Shown piece by piece: positions 7,697 to 17,684 of a DNA stretch of 53,487 nt (the stretch's first letter is position 1; every line of letters starts with the position of its first letter). Both the position numbers and the translations under genes were made by a program. Origin of the DNA: a virus. Lineage: Duplodnaviria; Caudoviricetes. The stretch is from positions 1 through 53,487 of IMG/VR virus record IMGVR_UViG_3300031028_000001. One strand, 5' to 3'. The notes beneath the pieces were generated by a model. It did not search any database. It was not told the origin of the DNA and saw nothing but the letters and a program-made list of their open reading frames with translations.

Positions 7697-8070
7697 TACG
7701 CCACCTCCTCGAACAACCCGAGCTGCGCGGCCGCGGCCTTGCGTACAGGCTCCGATTGCAGATCCGCTACCGAGGTAGCCGCCTCCAGCATGGGGAATTC
7801 GAACGGATCGGCTGCGACCAGGTTCCAGCCCTCCGGCGCTTCATTCCACTTCTGGCAGGCCGGGCAGTAGCGCCGCTCCTCGTTGCCGAACGGGTAGTTT
7901 GAACGCGAGGGAGTCTGACCGCGCCATCCGCAGGTGTTGCACTCGTACTCGGTAGGGTCTACGTCAGCGTCGAAGCTCAGCTCGTCGGGCTCTTCGCGGG
8001 GTTCGGAGAGCGGATAATAGCGCGGGTCCGTCAGGGTTTGGAAGATGGCCGTGTTGGAAAAGCTTGTCAT
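7696..8070 (-). CDS. Zn-ribbon-containing early protein
   Basis: CNTCGW ... CPACQ; first gene after the leftward promoter. Confidence 0.7.
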   Translation of the reverse strand: MTSFSNTAIFQTLTDPRYYPLSEPREEPDELSFDADVDPTEYECNTCGWRGQTPSRSNYPFGNEERRYCPACQKWNEAPEGWNLVAADPFEFPMLEAATSVADLQSEPVRKAAAAQLGLFEEVA

Positions 8071-8088
8071 TGAATTGCCTCTATATTC

Positions 8089-8117
8089 ATCATACGTGCT
8101 TCTAGCACGTAGGTCAA
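8089..8117 (-). promoter_or_regulatory. Leftward sigma70-type promoter with palindromic operator in the spacer
   Basis: TTGACC-17 bp-TATGAT; operator TACGTGCT-N3-AGCACGTA at 8093-8111. Confidence 0.85.
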
Positions 8118-8126
8118 GGATTATTC

Positions 8127-8155
8127 TTGCAACTAGCTCGAATAAGTTCTATACT
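8127..8155 (+). promoter_or_regulatory. Rightward promoter for a near-leaderless transcript of the 70-aa gene
   Basis: TTGCAA-17 bp-TATACT; the ATG follows 8 bp later with no SD. Confidence 0.75.
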
Positions 8156-8163
8156 TCTCAGAG

Positions 8164-8376
8164 ATGGGAAGAAAAATTAAGGTGACCGTGGATGTCGATG
8201 AGCTGAGCGCCGCCGGTGGGCGCGCGCGCGCCGCCAAGCTCTCGGGCAAGCAGCTTTCGGACGCCGCCCGCCATGCCGTCAAGGCTCGATGGAAGAAGTA
8301 TTACGAGGAGCACCCGGAGAAGGTGAAGACGCGGAGATCGGGTGCCAGCCGCAAGAAAAAGCTGCAACCGGCTTGA
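8164..8376 (+). CDS. Small basic DNA-binding protein, candidate repressor
   Basis: SAAGGRARAAKLS...AARHAVKARW motif; lies between two operator-containing promoters. Confidence 0.7.
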   Translation: MGRKIKVTVDVDELSAAGGRARAAKLSGKQLSDAARHAVKARWKKYYEEHPEKVKTRRSGASRKKKLQPA

Positions 8377-8401
8377 CATACGTGCTGGCAGCGCGTATAA
8401 T
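8373..8401 (+). promoter_or_regulatory. Perfect-consensus sigma70 promoter with second operator copy
   Basis: TTGACA-17 bp-TATAAT; operator TACGTGCT-GGC-AGCGCGTA at 8379-8397. Confidence 0.9.
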
Positions 8402-8431
8402 AAAGAGGTAGGGAAAAGGAAGTAATCAAAA

Positions 8432-8647
8432 ATGGCAGAAGCTTTGACGACGCGCGTGACGCGCCTGGAAAAGGCGCAGATGAAAACCGAGAGGCTGTTC
8501 CGTGAAACGGATAAGCGTTTCCGTGAGACGGATCGACGCTGGCGCGAGACTGACAAACGCTTCCGCGAAACGGATGAGCGCATCGACAAGCTGGTATCGG
8601 GAATCGGCGAACTGATCCGCATAGCGGGGCTGGATCGGAAACAATGA
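8432..8647 (+). CDS. Coiled-coil heptad-repeat protein (FRETDKR-type x4)
   Basis: Tandem 21-bp / 7-aa repeats. Confidence 0.75.
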   Translation: MAEALTTRVTRLEKAQMKTERLFRETDKRFRETDRRWRETDKRFRETDERIDKLVSGIGELIRIAGLDRKQ

Positions 8648-8652
8648 TGGGA

Positions 8653-8670
8653 TGGGGGGAAATCCCCCCA
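8653..8670 (+). terminator. GC hairpin after the stop codon (possible terminator)
   Basis: TGGGGGG-AAAT-CCCCCCA; no U tract. Confidence 0.35.
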
Positions 8671-8757
8671 CCACGCCCGCAAAAACCAGCCTGACACCCC
8701 CGCGTAGCTCAGTCATCCCCCTTGACGAGAGAGAGAAAACGGCGCGAAGCTCACAAA
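8671..8757 (+). repeat. Dispersed five-box repeat, copy R8
   Basis: CCACGCCCGCAAAAACCAGCCTGACACCC...CTCAGTCATC...CGAGAGA...CGAAGCTCACAAA. Confidence 0.9.
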
Positions 8758-8782
8758 TACAGGAGGGCTTTTCGCAAGCGCC

Positions 8783-8989
8783 ATGCAACGTACCAGACCA
8801 ATCAGTTTGGAAGAATTAAAGCGACTCGGATGCGAACCGGACTGCCTGGATTGGCTGATCGAGTGGGCTATCAAGGAGCTGGCATCTCGTCGCGACGCCA
8901 TCAGGTCCGCCGAAGCCATTCTCGAGGAACGCATCGAGGAGTGGGCGGACAAGATCGAGGGACAGCCGCAGAGCGACGCGGCGGACTGA
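8783..8989 (+). CDS. Small hypothetical protein
   Basis: ORF track; AGGAGG upstream, though distant. Confidence 0.55.
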   Translation: MQRTRPISLEELKRLGCEPDCLDWLIEWAIKELASRRDAIRSAEAILEERIEEWADKIEGQPQSDAAD

Positions 8990-9082
8990 AGCCCAGCCAC
9001 ACGCCGAAAGGGTCCTCATCCTCGTCGTCGAATTCATCCCATTCGGGCAGCGTTTCGATGGTATAGCGGAGTAACATTGGAC

Positions 9083-9343
9083 ATGCCGAAATGGCTGCAA
9101 GACATTCTGACGGCGCTTCAGATTTTCGCTTCACTCCTTCCGATCATCACGGTCGCCGCTGCCGCGTTCGGAGCAAACAGCGCAGAAGCGCAAGAGCTGG
9201 TGACGTCGATCACCTCGGACCCGGACATCCCGCAGAAGGTTCAGGACCGCGTGACGAAGTACGCGCAGATCCACCTGAAATTACTCGCGCGAGTGGCGAA
9301 AACCAATGGAACCGCCGCGCCAGTTGCACAAGTTCCCGCATGA
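9083..9343 (+). CDS. Small protein with hydrophobic N-terminal helix
   Basis: ILTALQIFASLLPIITVAAAAFG segment. Confidence 0.6.
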   Translation: MPKWLQDILTALQIFASLLPIITVAAAAFGANSAEAQELVTSITSDPDIPQKVQDRVTKYAQIHLKLLARVAKTNGTAAPVAQVPA

Positions 9344-9386
9344 AGCTGATTATCGAAAGCACCACCAAAATCGTGAAGCTGAACGG

Positions 9387-9435
9387 CTCAGTCATGCCGT
9401 GCGACGTGAGCGGCAGAACGCCACGGAGCCACAAA
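9387..9435 (+). repeat. Dispersed repeat, copy R9 (boxes 3-5 only)
   Basis: CTCAGTCATGCCGTGCGACGTGAGC...CGGAGCCACAAA; directly abuts the stop codon of the last late-operon gene. Confidence 0.9.
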
Positions 9436-11031
9436 CTAAAGCGGTCCAATCTGCCATACAGGCGCACTAGGACAGCTCGTATAAAACAACTGATCTACTG
9501 CTGAGTAGCCGCCGCCCATACAGCCATTCGACTGTCCTGCCGGCCGCTGCCCGACATCCCACCCTGACGGATCAGATAGCGAGTGCGAGGCGTGATGCCG
9601 CATGTAGAAGTTCCCATAATCGGCGACGAATCCGACGATGGGATCGCTCGGTGTGTGGACGTTCAGCCAGGTGAGCTGGAAACTGCCGGCCGTGACCTGG
9701 TTGGCGAGCGGGCTCGGCGGATGAAACAGGGGAGGATAGGCGAAGCCGGCGGCGGTCCAGGCTGAATTGGTGGTCAGGTTCGTCACGTCGAACATTTCCC
9801 AGGTGGAAGTCGAGGCCGTGATATCGAGCGAAGTGAATCCGGAGGGGCACGCTTGGGTCCCGGCTGCCGGCGAGCTGCAGGTGGCCACCGGGACTCGCAG
9901 CACGGTAGAAAGCAGCACCGTGGTAGCGTGCGACGTCGTGGTGGTGTTCGATCCAAATGGCGTGAAATACAGATACTCGATGGTCCCGGCCGGGTTCCAG
10001 ACAGGCTGTCCGCCGATGTAATCGTTCTGCGTCTGGACCGCGTGCAGGTTGCCTGAGCCAGTGACGGCCGGGTAACCGACGGTGCCCAGATTCGACAGAT
10101 TCAGGACTTTGTAGGGCGTGCCAGAAGCGTTGGTGAAACTCTGCGTGGTGTCATAGACCACCAAATTGCGGCTATCTGCTGGAAGCAGATAGACCTTCTG
10201 GCCATCGAAGGCGCTCGACTCGAAGCCTCCATTCAGCGCGCCTCCAGGAAGTGTGGAGAGATTGAAGTGCGAGAAATTGGCGATCGCGAACGGCTGTGTG
10301 GTGTCGTACCGGATCAGATTCGTATTCGCGTAGCCGCCGGCATCGGTGGGCGTGTAATAGATGTACCTGCCATCGAACACGCCAGTGCACCAGCCATAGG
10401 TAGCGCCCAGGGGCGAGGTCCCCGCGGTTGGAGCCGAAAACGAAGTATAGTTTGCCGCATTCGAAACCGATGTGCCGCCCGATCCGGCGGAACCGAAAGG
10501 ATTGAAGCGGACGAAAACAGGATTCTGATTGGCCGCATCCGGAGTGTAGTAGACGAAGTTGAGATCCGTCGCGACTCCGACGAAGGCTGTAGCGGCATCC
10601 GCGCCAGGGCACGTATAGGTCGCCGGACAATTCAGCGGCAGCGTGGTCATGTCGAACCAGTCCCAGTTGGCCGCGGCGCACGTTGATGTGGTGCAGCCAA
10701 ACGTTCCCGAGGGGCCTCCGGCATAGGCGATCACCGTTCCGTGGCGATAGATGGTCTGGTATTGCCAGGGATCGAAGCCGGCCAGGCCGTTCAGATACCA
10801 GCCGCCCTGATAGCCCACCGCGAGATGCGCGCCGCTGTCCACTGTGGGGAAGCCGGGGAAGATCGTGGTGCTTGGGGAGAACCCGTGCGAGGTGAGCGTT
10901 AGCACGTTGAACGGCGCCGGCGCCTGGGCACCCATCTGCGTGGGGCCTTGGACCGAGACTTTCCCAGCCGTGCTGACTTGCGCGATCGCCGGAAAAAGAA
11001 TAGCAAAACAAAGGAATAAGAATTTCAGCAT
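9436..11031 (-). CDS. Signal-peptide protein, beta-propeller-like (adhesin/tail-appendage-like)
   Basis: MLKFLFLCFAILFPAIAQ; repeated FDGRYIYYTP / FDGQKVYLLP blade-like motifs. Confidence 0.75.
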   Translation of the reverse strand: MLKFLFLCFAILFPAIAQVSTAGKVSVQGPTQMGAQAPAPFNVLTLTSHGFSPSTTIFPGFPTVDSGAHLAVGYQGGWYLNGLAGFDPWQYQTIYRHGTVIAYAGGPSGTFGCTTSTCAAANWDWFDMTTLPLNCPATYTCPGADAATAFVGVATDLNFVYYTPDAANQNPVFVRFNPFGSAGSGGTSVSNAANYTSFSAPTAGTSPLGATYGWCTGVFDGRYIYYTPTDAGGYANTNLIRYDTTQPFAIANFSHFNLSTLPGGALNGGFESSAFDGQKVYLLPADSRNLVVYDTTQSFTNASGTPYKVLNLSNLGTVGYPAVTGSGNLHAVQTQNDYIGGQPVWNPAGTIEYLYFTPFGSNTTTTSHATTVLLSTVLRVPVATCSSPAAGTQACPSGFTSLDITASTSTWEMFDVTNLTTNSAWTAAGFAYPPLFHPPSPLANQVTAGSFQLTWLNVHTPSDPIVGFVADYGNFYMRHHASHSLSDPSGWDVGQRPAGQSNGCMGGGYSAVDQLFYTSCPSAPVWQIGPL

Positions 11032-11036
11032 TTGGG

Positions 11037-14000
11037 TTACTCCAGGATTACTGTGAAAAGCTGCATGGCAGTCGCATTGCCCTGCGCGCCGCCGAGCACT
11101 GTAACGATCACCGCCGAGCCAGCCGTACAGGTTGCCGTGCCGCTGCCCTGCGTGGCAGAAGTGGAGACGCCGGTGTAGCCCTGTCCGGTGTTGGTAACGT
11201 AGATCGGTGTGCCGCTGGCGATGGTATTCGTGCCAGTCAGATAGACTGTGGCTGTTGCTCCAGTCCCCACCGTGCCGTTAAACGCCGTCAACAGGCAAGT
11301 CGTGCCGGCCGCTCCGGTGACTGCCGGACCGCTGGTGTATGTGCCCGATACCACGCCGTGCGTGTTGTAATACATCGGCATGTTCAGCGTTTGCGTCGCG
11401 GTCGTGGATACCGGCCGCGACGCGAGGCTGTTGTAAATCGCGGTAGTCCAGCCAGGCATCCCGACAAAGGCGATGTTGCCTCGGGCTTGGCCGCTCGCGC
11501 CTACGACCGGAAAAGTCACATTGAAATTCATCTCGAAGTTAGCCGGATTCAGGCTGGCGGGCACGGTCGGGTTGCCGGCATAACCGATGAGCTGCGTAGA
11601 GCCGTAGAGCAGGTAGGGCGCCGCATGAAAAGTCTCCGCAGTCGAAGAGCTGTACATCGCCATTTCGGCCGCGACCAGGTAGCGGCTGCCAGCGCTGAGC
11701 GTTCCGCCGGTGATGGAGTAAGTCGAATTGAACGCCATGGCACTCGTATCGTCAGCCAGATTGTCGCAACTGGAAAACAGCACCAGAGCGCCGGAGCCTC
11801 CATCCACTGTGCTAATGCCCGTGGGTAGAGGGTTACACGCGCCTTGCGTGACCATGGACAGGGCAGTGATAGCGCCGCCCACCACGGTGATTAAGCCGGA
11901 TGGCTCCGTGGAGCAAGTACCGCCCGTGCCCGTCCAGGTGTCGCCATTGGTATAGCCCGATCCGCCGGGCGCGCCGGCGGGGACGTAGGCGAGCTGCACG
12001 ACGCTGCCGACGATGATAGTGGTATCACCGCCATGGGCGCAAAGACAGTCTCCAGTCGGAATGGTTTCTTTCACCAGACTGAAAGGGCTCGCCGCGACCT
12101 GCGAAATCGCAGTGATGGCTCCCTGCGCATTTACGGTGAGAGAAACGGCTTCCGCAGTGCCACCATACGTACCAGCCGACGCGCCGCTGGCCGGAATAAT
12201 GTTCTCCAGGGTCGCGCCCGGATTGCAGCAGATCTGCGTGCCGGGATTCGTGGTCGCGCTATAAACGATGGGCGTAGTGTATCCGGAGATCGTGTTCCCG
12301 GTGACGACATGGCCGCCCGTGTCTACCCCCGATCCGACGATGTCAATACCAATCGAAGACGCCGTGCCCGCGCCGAGACAGGAGTTGCCGGTAACCGAAG
12401 CGCCATCGGCTGGCGGCGAGTTCAAGGTGATGCAGTAGGCCGCTTCTGTGTTGAAGGGCGTCCAGCTCGTATCGATCTGGTTGCCTGTCACTGTCGAGTG
12501 CTGGATCAGGCTGTTGCCGGGCGTCGAAACGTAGATATTTCCTCGCACGGTGTTGGCTTGCACTTTACTGTCCGGACCGTCAATCTTAAGACAGTTGCCG
12601 ACAAATCCGGTGCAGTCGATGGTGTTATCGACGATGCGCGTCTCGCCGGTCAACGTGGGGAAGTCTCCGGTCGTTATCAGCGGGTAATCCACCATGCCAA
12701 CTGACGGCGTCCCTGTGGGAATCCGAATCGTGTTATGTCTCCACTCCAGGTCGAGACCGCCGCCACCGACGAAGTATCCAGCGGAGTTCGCCGTGGATTT
12801 CAGGTAAATCGAATTGTCGTGGATTCTTGCTCCGATATTGTACTCGCCATAAGCGAACCCGGCCGCTTGCAGGAACGTGCTACTCCGGATCTCGATGTTG
12901 TTCGAGGCGCGCTGCGGAAGCTCCACAAACGTGCCGTTGGCTTGGATGTTGAGATTATCGAACAGCGCGGCCTGCACGTAATTCGCGCTAAAGACGCCGG
13001 AGCTGTTGGAGCCGACCAGAGTAACCGTCCCGCTGAGGTTGCCCAGGGTCAGGTTTTTCACTTGCAGCATCCCAAACAGATAAGTTGCGGTCAGGCTGCC
13101 GCCCTGTATCGACACGCCAGTGACTTGGTAGGCCGACACATCAGCCGCCACCGGAGATGTTCCATAGGACTGCAACAGAGGCCGGTCCAGCGTCACTACG
13201 CCCGTGGTGGCATTACTCGAAACGATCTTGGCCATTTCCGCAGCGCAGGGATAGGTGCCGTTGGCGATCCAAATCATAATATCGTCGCCCGCGACGAAGT
13301 TGGCAGCCTGTGAGGCGGTCGTCGTGGTGATTGTGCTCTGGTTCGCCGTGGTCGGATTTATGGCGTAGTGAGTGGCATTTTCTGCCGATTCCGTCGTCAG
13401 GTCATAGCCAATAGCAATCAGAAACGTGCCGCCGTTGCCACTCGCCAAGGGACCGAGACCGCCCGTCGCCGATTGCACGATGGAAGCGTGCGCGTTCAGT
13501 TGCAACGCGATGTTATTGCAGGTGATCCGCAGATTCGCCCAAGTCCCGAGAACCACGCTGGCGGCTCCGGCCGACTGATAGGAATTCATCAGATACGTGC
13601 CGTCGGGAAAGTACACAGTGCCGCCGCCGTTGGCGCACGCGGCGGTGATGGCAGCCTGGACCGCCGGGCGATCATCCGATGTTCCGTTGCCGGTTGCGCC
13701 GAAGTCCATCACCGAAAGAGTGTCGCCGAGCTTGGAGGGGATCGTGCGCGTTACCGCGCCTGTGCCGGGCGCCGTATACTGCGTCAGATCGGCGGCGGGC
13801 AGCAGCGCGTTGACATCCAGAGGCGCAACGCCATTAGCCGCGCCCACGGTAGCGACGCTCACCCTGCTCGTGTCGGTAGGATGCACATGATCCGCGCGCG
13901 CGTATGCGCTGGATGTCCCAACCGCGGCCGTGCCATCAACCAAAGGCGTGACACTCGAAGCAACTGGAATGGTCGGGAGATTCAAAAGATCGGTATAGCT

Positions 14001-15551
14001 CCCTGACGAATCCACCGCTGGCATGGATGGATCTAAGTCCGAGGTCACGATTAGCGATGGGCTCAGAATGCACGGTGTCGTAGCCGTTGCATGAACAGGT
14101 CCCGCTACCGGGATACCCCACCAGGTGCAATTGAACGAAGTGGGCACCGACGGCGGCGCCTGCAATCCCACGGAATTCGCCGGCGGGGTTTGGGCGGAAC
14201 CAGCCGTCATCTCGAATGCGCCTGCGCCCGTGCCTGAACCGATAAATCCGTTGCCTAATACGTTCGAGCTTCCATCCAGAGCTGCGTAGCCGCTGGGCTG
14301 CCCTTTATTGGCCACGTTCTCAGGGGTGTACGAATACGAGCCGGCCGGTCCGGTCGCTCCTGTCGCGCCGGTGGCTCCCGTTGGGCCGGTGCTTCCTGTC
14401 GCGCCAGTCGGCCCTGTGCTGCCAGTAGGTCCGGCAGGCCCGGTGAGGCCCTGAATCCCTTGCGAGCCGGTAGGTCCTGTCGTTCCCGTGAGCCCTTGAA
14501 TACCTTGAATCCCCTGCGCGCCTGTTGCGCCAGTCGGTCCCGTTAAACCGGTATCTCCCTGCGGCCCCGAGAGCTGCGTCCATTGATCCGAGGCATAGGG
14601 CTCGACGGAGCACGCATCCACGCCGGCGCCCACCCAGATCCAAAGCACCGTACTCGAGTGGGCGCTCGAGAGCCAATCCGATACATACTGCCCCACGGCG
14701 TAGGGGCAATTCCCGGCGGACCAGGATCCTTCATCCGTCAACCCCAGGCCGCTGGCCCCCGGTATGCCTTGCGGGCCTTGCGGGCCGACCGGACCTGTAA
14801 GGCCGACAGAGCCGTTGGTTCCAGCCGTTCCTTGCGGACCCGTGGCGCCCGTGACGCTCGCGCCGGCCGGACCTGTTGGACCCGCAACGCCTTGCGGACC
14901 TGTGACGCTCGCGCCGGCGGGACCCGTGGCACCTGCTGGCCCCGTGGGCCCCGCCGGACCGGTCACGCTCGCGCCGGTTGGACCGGCAGGGCCTTGCGGC
15001 CCGAGTCCGCCCGTCAGTCCGATAATGCCTTGGATACCCTGCGGGCCGGCGGGTCCGGCTGGTCCAGTGGCCCCGAATACGGTCCCAGGAAGCCAGGAGG
15101 ATCCATTCCATATAGCCGATTGCCCCGCCGTCGCGCCGTTCTGGCCCATCTGCGACCAAGGAATGACGAACGACGACGCCGGCGGCGCATTCACGATGAC
15201 CGATCCAACTGTCACGGGAGTCGCGCTGGTTGGAACCACCCAGGTCTCTGTATACTGGCTCGAGTTTCCAGGCGTCTGGCTGGACATCTGCCAGGTGACC
15301 GCATAGCTGGTGCCGAGGGGAATGCAGGTGTCATTCGGGACCAGGTTGACGCTGAAGACTCCTCCTGTGACTGTCACTGGGATGGGCGCCATCGAGACAT
15401 AGTTCGAGCCCGAGATGCAGGGCTGCGAGATCTGGATGGAGCCCCGGCCGTTCGCTCCGCCGAGGTCCGCGCCCATGACGGGCTGGGTCACTGTGGTGGT
15501 TTGCGCCAGCAGGGGTACTATACAAAAGAGCAGTATGAATAGTCGTTTCAT
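11037..15551 (-). CDS. Large tail-fibre-like protein: signal peptide, collagen repeats, pectate-lyase-like beta-helix
   Basis: [17 protein letters not shown]; long G-X-Y runs; [23 protein letters not shown]...[12 protein letters not shown] motif. Confidence 0.85.
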   Translation of the reverse strand: MKRLFILLFCIVPLLAQTTTVTQPVMGADLGGANGRGSIQISQPCISGSNYVSMAPIPVTVTGGVFSVNLVPNDTCIPLGTSYAVTWQMSSQTPGNSSQYTETWVVPTSATPVTVGSVIVNAPPASSFVIPWSQMGQNGATAGQSAIWNGSSWLPGTVFGATGPAGPAGPQGIQGIIGLTGGLGPQGPAGPTGASVTGPAGPTGPAGATGPAGASVTGPQGVAGPTGPAGASVTGATGPQGTAGTNGSVGLTGPVGPQGPQGIPGASGLGLTDEGSWSAGNCPYAVGQYVSDWLSSAHSSTVLWIWVGAGVDACSVEPYASDQWTQLSGPQGDTGLTGPTGATGAQGIQGIQGLTGTTGPTGSQGIQGLTGPAGPTGSTGPTGATGSTGPTGATGATGATGPAGSYSYTPENVANKGQPSGYAALDGSSNVLGNGFIGSGTGAGAFEMTAGSAQTPPANSVGLQAPPSVPTSFNCTWWGIPVAGPVHATATTPCILSPSLIVTSDLDPSMPAVDSSGSYTDLLNLPTIPVASSVTPLVDGTAAVGTSSAYARADHVHPTDTSRVSVATVGAANGVAPLDVNALLPAADLTQYTAPGTGAVTRTIPSKLGDTLSVMDFGATGNGTSDDRPAVQAAITAACANGGGTVYFPDGTYLMNSYQSAGAASVVLGTWANLRITCNNIALQLNAHASIVQSATGGLGPLASGNGGTFLIAIGYDLTTESAENATHYAINPTTANQSTITTTTASQAANFVAGDDIMIWIANGTYPCAAEMAKIVSSNATTGVVTLDRPLLQSYGTSPVAADVSAYQVTGVSIQGGSLTATYLFGMLQVKNLTLGNLSGTVTLVGSNSSGVFSANYVQAALFDNLNIQANGTFVELPQRASNNIEIRSSTFLQAAGFAYGEYNIGARIHDNSIYLKSTANSAGYFVGGGGLDLEWRHNTIRIPTGTPSVGMVDYPLITTGDFPTLTGETRIVDNTIDCTGFVGNCLKIDGPDSKVQANTVRGNIYVSTPGNSLIQHSTVTGNQIDTSWTPFNTEAAYCITLNSPPADGASVTGNSCLGAGTASSIGIDIVGSGVDTGGHVVTGNTISGYTTPIVYSATTNPGTQICCNPGATLENIIPASGASAGTYGGTAEAVSLTVNAQGAITAISQVAASPFSLVKETIPTGDCLCAHGGDTTIIVGSVVQLAYVPAGAPGGSGYTNGDTWTGTGGTCSTEPSGLITVVGGAITALSMVTQGACNPLPTGISTVDGGSGALVLFSSCDNLADDTSAMAFNSTYSITGGTLSAGSRYLVAAEMAMYSSSTAETFHAAPYLLYGSTQLIGYAGNPTVPASLNPANFEMNFNVTFPVVGASGQARGNIAFVGMPGWTTAIYNSLASRPVSTTATQTLNMPMYYNTHGVVSGTYTSGPAVTGAAGTTCLLTAFNGTVGTGATATVYLTGTNTIASGTPIYVTNTGQGYTGVSTSATQGSGTATCTAGSAVIVTVLGGAQGNATAMQLFTVILE

Positions 15552-15560
15552 GAAGGGCCT

Positions 15561-15643
15561 TTTGGGTGCTTCGTGCGCTTCAATCGCGCGTCAATCTCAA
15601 GGCTGTGTTGCGATTCGATGCCGGGTCACTTCCGCTGGTAGAC
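15561..15643 (-). repeat. Dispersed five-box repeat, copy R10 (inverted)
   Basis: Reverse complement: GTCTACCAGCGGAAGTGACCCGGCA...CACAGCCTTG AGATTGA CGCGCGA TTGAAGCGCA CGAAGCACCCAAA. Confidence 0.85.
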
Positions 15644-15648
15644 TTGCG

Positions 15649-17673
15649 CTACTGCACTCCAGCCACGTTTGCCAGCACTGCCGCCACGTTCGCGCCAAGG
15701 TCCGCGCCGTCCGCGCCGGCCAAGTGATATTTGCTCGTTGACGCGAGAGCGCATCCCGGAAGATCGGAGCCAGCCAAGCACCCTGGAGAGTCAACCATGC
15801 CGACCATCGCCCAGTTGAGCGGCTGACAAGCGGTCTGCAACGGCTGCACGTTACAGGCGTGCGTGCCGCCCGCCGGGTTAGCCGTCGATATCGGCTGGAA
15901 AACATGATCGGCCAGCGGATAAATCGGCGTGCTCGCCCAGGTGTCTCCCACCTGCATGTTATTCAGATAGGTCCCGGTCGCCGGAAGCAGCGCGAGCGAT
16001 GCGCCCTGAGCGTTGCCGTCCACCGCTACACCGCCGTACCCGATATTGTTCGTCACGGTGAGCCCCTGAATCAGCGCGATATTGGCCTCGCCGTTCCAGT
16101 ACGATTCGTTGATGTTCGCCGCGATGGTTCCGTTTAAATTAACGCAGGTATTGTGGTCGAAGGTGATATTTTGCATCCCACCGTTCGACGGCGTGCCACC
16201 AGAAAGGACAAAGCAGTCCGGCGCGCTCGGCAGACTACCTCCCCAGTTGGTGTTCACGTCCAGAAACAGATTGTTGCGAAAGAGAATGCGCGCCGTGTTG
16301 GCAGTGACCGTCTGATTATTCGAGGCGACGTAAGGGCCGCCGGCCGCGTGCTGAAACAGGTTGTTCGAGTAGGTGATGTCGGTATCGTGCCAGCAGGTGG
16401 AAGTCGGACACCCGCTGTTATTGGAGATGAAGTTTCCCTGCCCCTGTGCAACCGAATAATCTGCGATGTTGGAGTCCCATAGCGCGCGGATACAGTCCTT
16501 GCATTCCATGTTGTCTTTGATGTCGAGCGTGAGGCCGGCAAAGAGCTGGCCGTACCAGCTCGGCTGCTTGTGCAGATAGTTCCGGCTGACGATGATATCC
16601 GAAGGAGGCAGCAGGCCCGTGCCGCAGCCGCCAAACATGATGTTTTCCCCGCTCGCTTCCAGGTGATTGTTGTAAATCAGAAACGGCCCGGTCGAGTCAC
16701 ACGCGATTAGCGCCTGCGCATCCTGGGAGGTGTCGATCATCCCGACTACTTGCGAATTGATCAGCGCGAAGTACGCCGAGTCCGCGTAAAAACCGCGCAC
16801 CGTCATCCCGTTGCCCGAAGCAATCACGCGGTCGAACGTGATGTTAGATGGCTCCTGGTTCATGGCCGTAGCGCTCACGGCAAGCATCACGATGCCCCAA
16901 TTCGGCTGGCTGGGAGTGCCGACGTTGCTTGTGGTGAACGAGAGGCCGGCGAAGTACCAGTTACTCGGAACAGATGTACAGGTGCCACCCGGAGGCAGTT
17001 GGCAAAAGCCGAGCGCCTGGTTCTGATTCGGAGATGAGAGCGTCGCTGTGAGTCCGGCTTGTGATAACTGGATCTCCTGCGTAGTGGCCGCGTTGCCGCC
17101 GGGCAATTGAGCCATCGCAGAAGTGTTGACCAGGATCGGGCTACTGGTCGGACACGCCGTGCCTGGCGTGTTGAAGTTCCCGCTCCAGGTGACTCCGGCA
17201 TCGAGCACCAGGTTCTGACCGCATTGCGCCGCATTCAGCGCCGTTTGCAGATTCGCGCCGGCATGTACTGGGACGACCGTCAGGCCGGTCGGATAGTTGA
17301 CGGTGACGAAATTCTTGGGCAACGCGGGCTGCACTACGCTGGCAGGCAACGCGGGTAACCCGGTGGGCGCGGGCGCGGTGGGAATGACTATCGGGGGAGT
17401 GACCGCCGGAGATGTGCCAGCGGGTCCAGCGGGTCCGATAGGTCCGACTGGTCCGACGGGCCCTTGTGGCCCAATTGTGCCAGCGGGTCCAATGGGTCCC
17501 GTGAGTCCAGTCGGTCCAGGAACAGGGGCAGCGGGAGGCTGGCATGTGATCGTGATGGATTGAGGCGTGGTCACAACAGTCACAACCGTGCCCGCCGCGC
17601 ACGTGGTGGTTTGGGCGCTTACGGCAACAACCGCAAGCGCTCCGATGATTACAGAAAGCAAAATGTTTTTCAT
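15649..17673 (-). CDS. Signal-peptide protein with short collagen repeat and right-handed beta-helix
   Basis: MKNILLSVIIGALAVVAVSAQ; GPTGLTGPIGPAG; NLQTALNAAQCGQNLVLDAG; Asn ladders. Confidence 0.8.
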   Translation of the reverse strand: MKNILLSVIIGALAVVAVSAQTTTCAAGTVVTVVTTPQSITITCQPPAAPVPGPTGLTGPIGPAGTIGPQGPVGPVGPIGPAGPAGTSPAVTPPIVIPTAPAPTGLPALPASVVQPALPKNFVTVNYPTGLTVVPVHAGANLQTALNAAQCGQNLVLDAGVTWSGNFNTPGTACPTSSPILVNTSAMAQLPGGNAATTQEIQLSQAGLTATLSSPNQNQALGFCQLPPGGTCTSVPSNWYFAGLSFTTSNVGTPSQPNWGIVMLAVSATAMNQEPSNITFDRVIASGNGMTVRGFYADSAYFALINSQVVGMIDTSQDAQALIACDSTGPFLIYNNHLEASGENIMFGGCGTGLLPPSDIIVSRNYLHKQPSWYGQLFAGLTLDIKDNMECKDCIRALWDSNIADYSVAQGQGNFISNNSGCPTSTCWHDTDITYSNNLFQHAAGGPYVASNNQTVTANTARILFRNNLFLDVNTNWGGSLPSAPDCFVLSGGTPSNGGMQNITFDHNTCVNLNGTIAANINESYWNGEANIALIQGLTVTNNIGYGGVAVDGNAQGASLALLPATGTYLNNMQVGDTWASTPIYPLADHVFQPISTANPAGGTHACNVQPLQTACQPLNWAMVGMVDSPGCLAGSDLPGCALASTSKYHLAGADGADLGANVAAVLANVAGVQ

Positions 17674-17684
17674 AAGCAACCCAT

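Larger units (their letters stand above)
7494..7709 (-). repeat. 20-bp direct repeat spanning RBS-stop-start junctions (7494-7513 and 7690-7709)
   Basis: AGGAGGTGGCGTAATGGCCG is identical at both sites. Confidence 0.85.

Noticed and set aside
8343-8365. Box1-like GCCAGCCGCAAGAAAAAG at the end of the repressor candidate
   Set aside because: No downstream boxes; explained by Arg/Lys codons.
1834-9435. Dispersed repeats as a CRISPR array
   Set aside because: Copies are degenerate, in mixed orientation and separated by whole genes; no cas genes are present.
14340-15070. Tandem DNA repeats and antisense Gly/Pro-rich ORFs
   Set aside because: Explained by the collagen G-X-Y coding on the minus strand.
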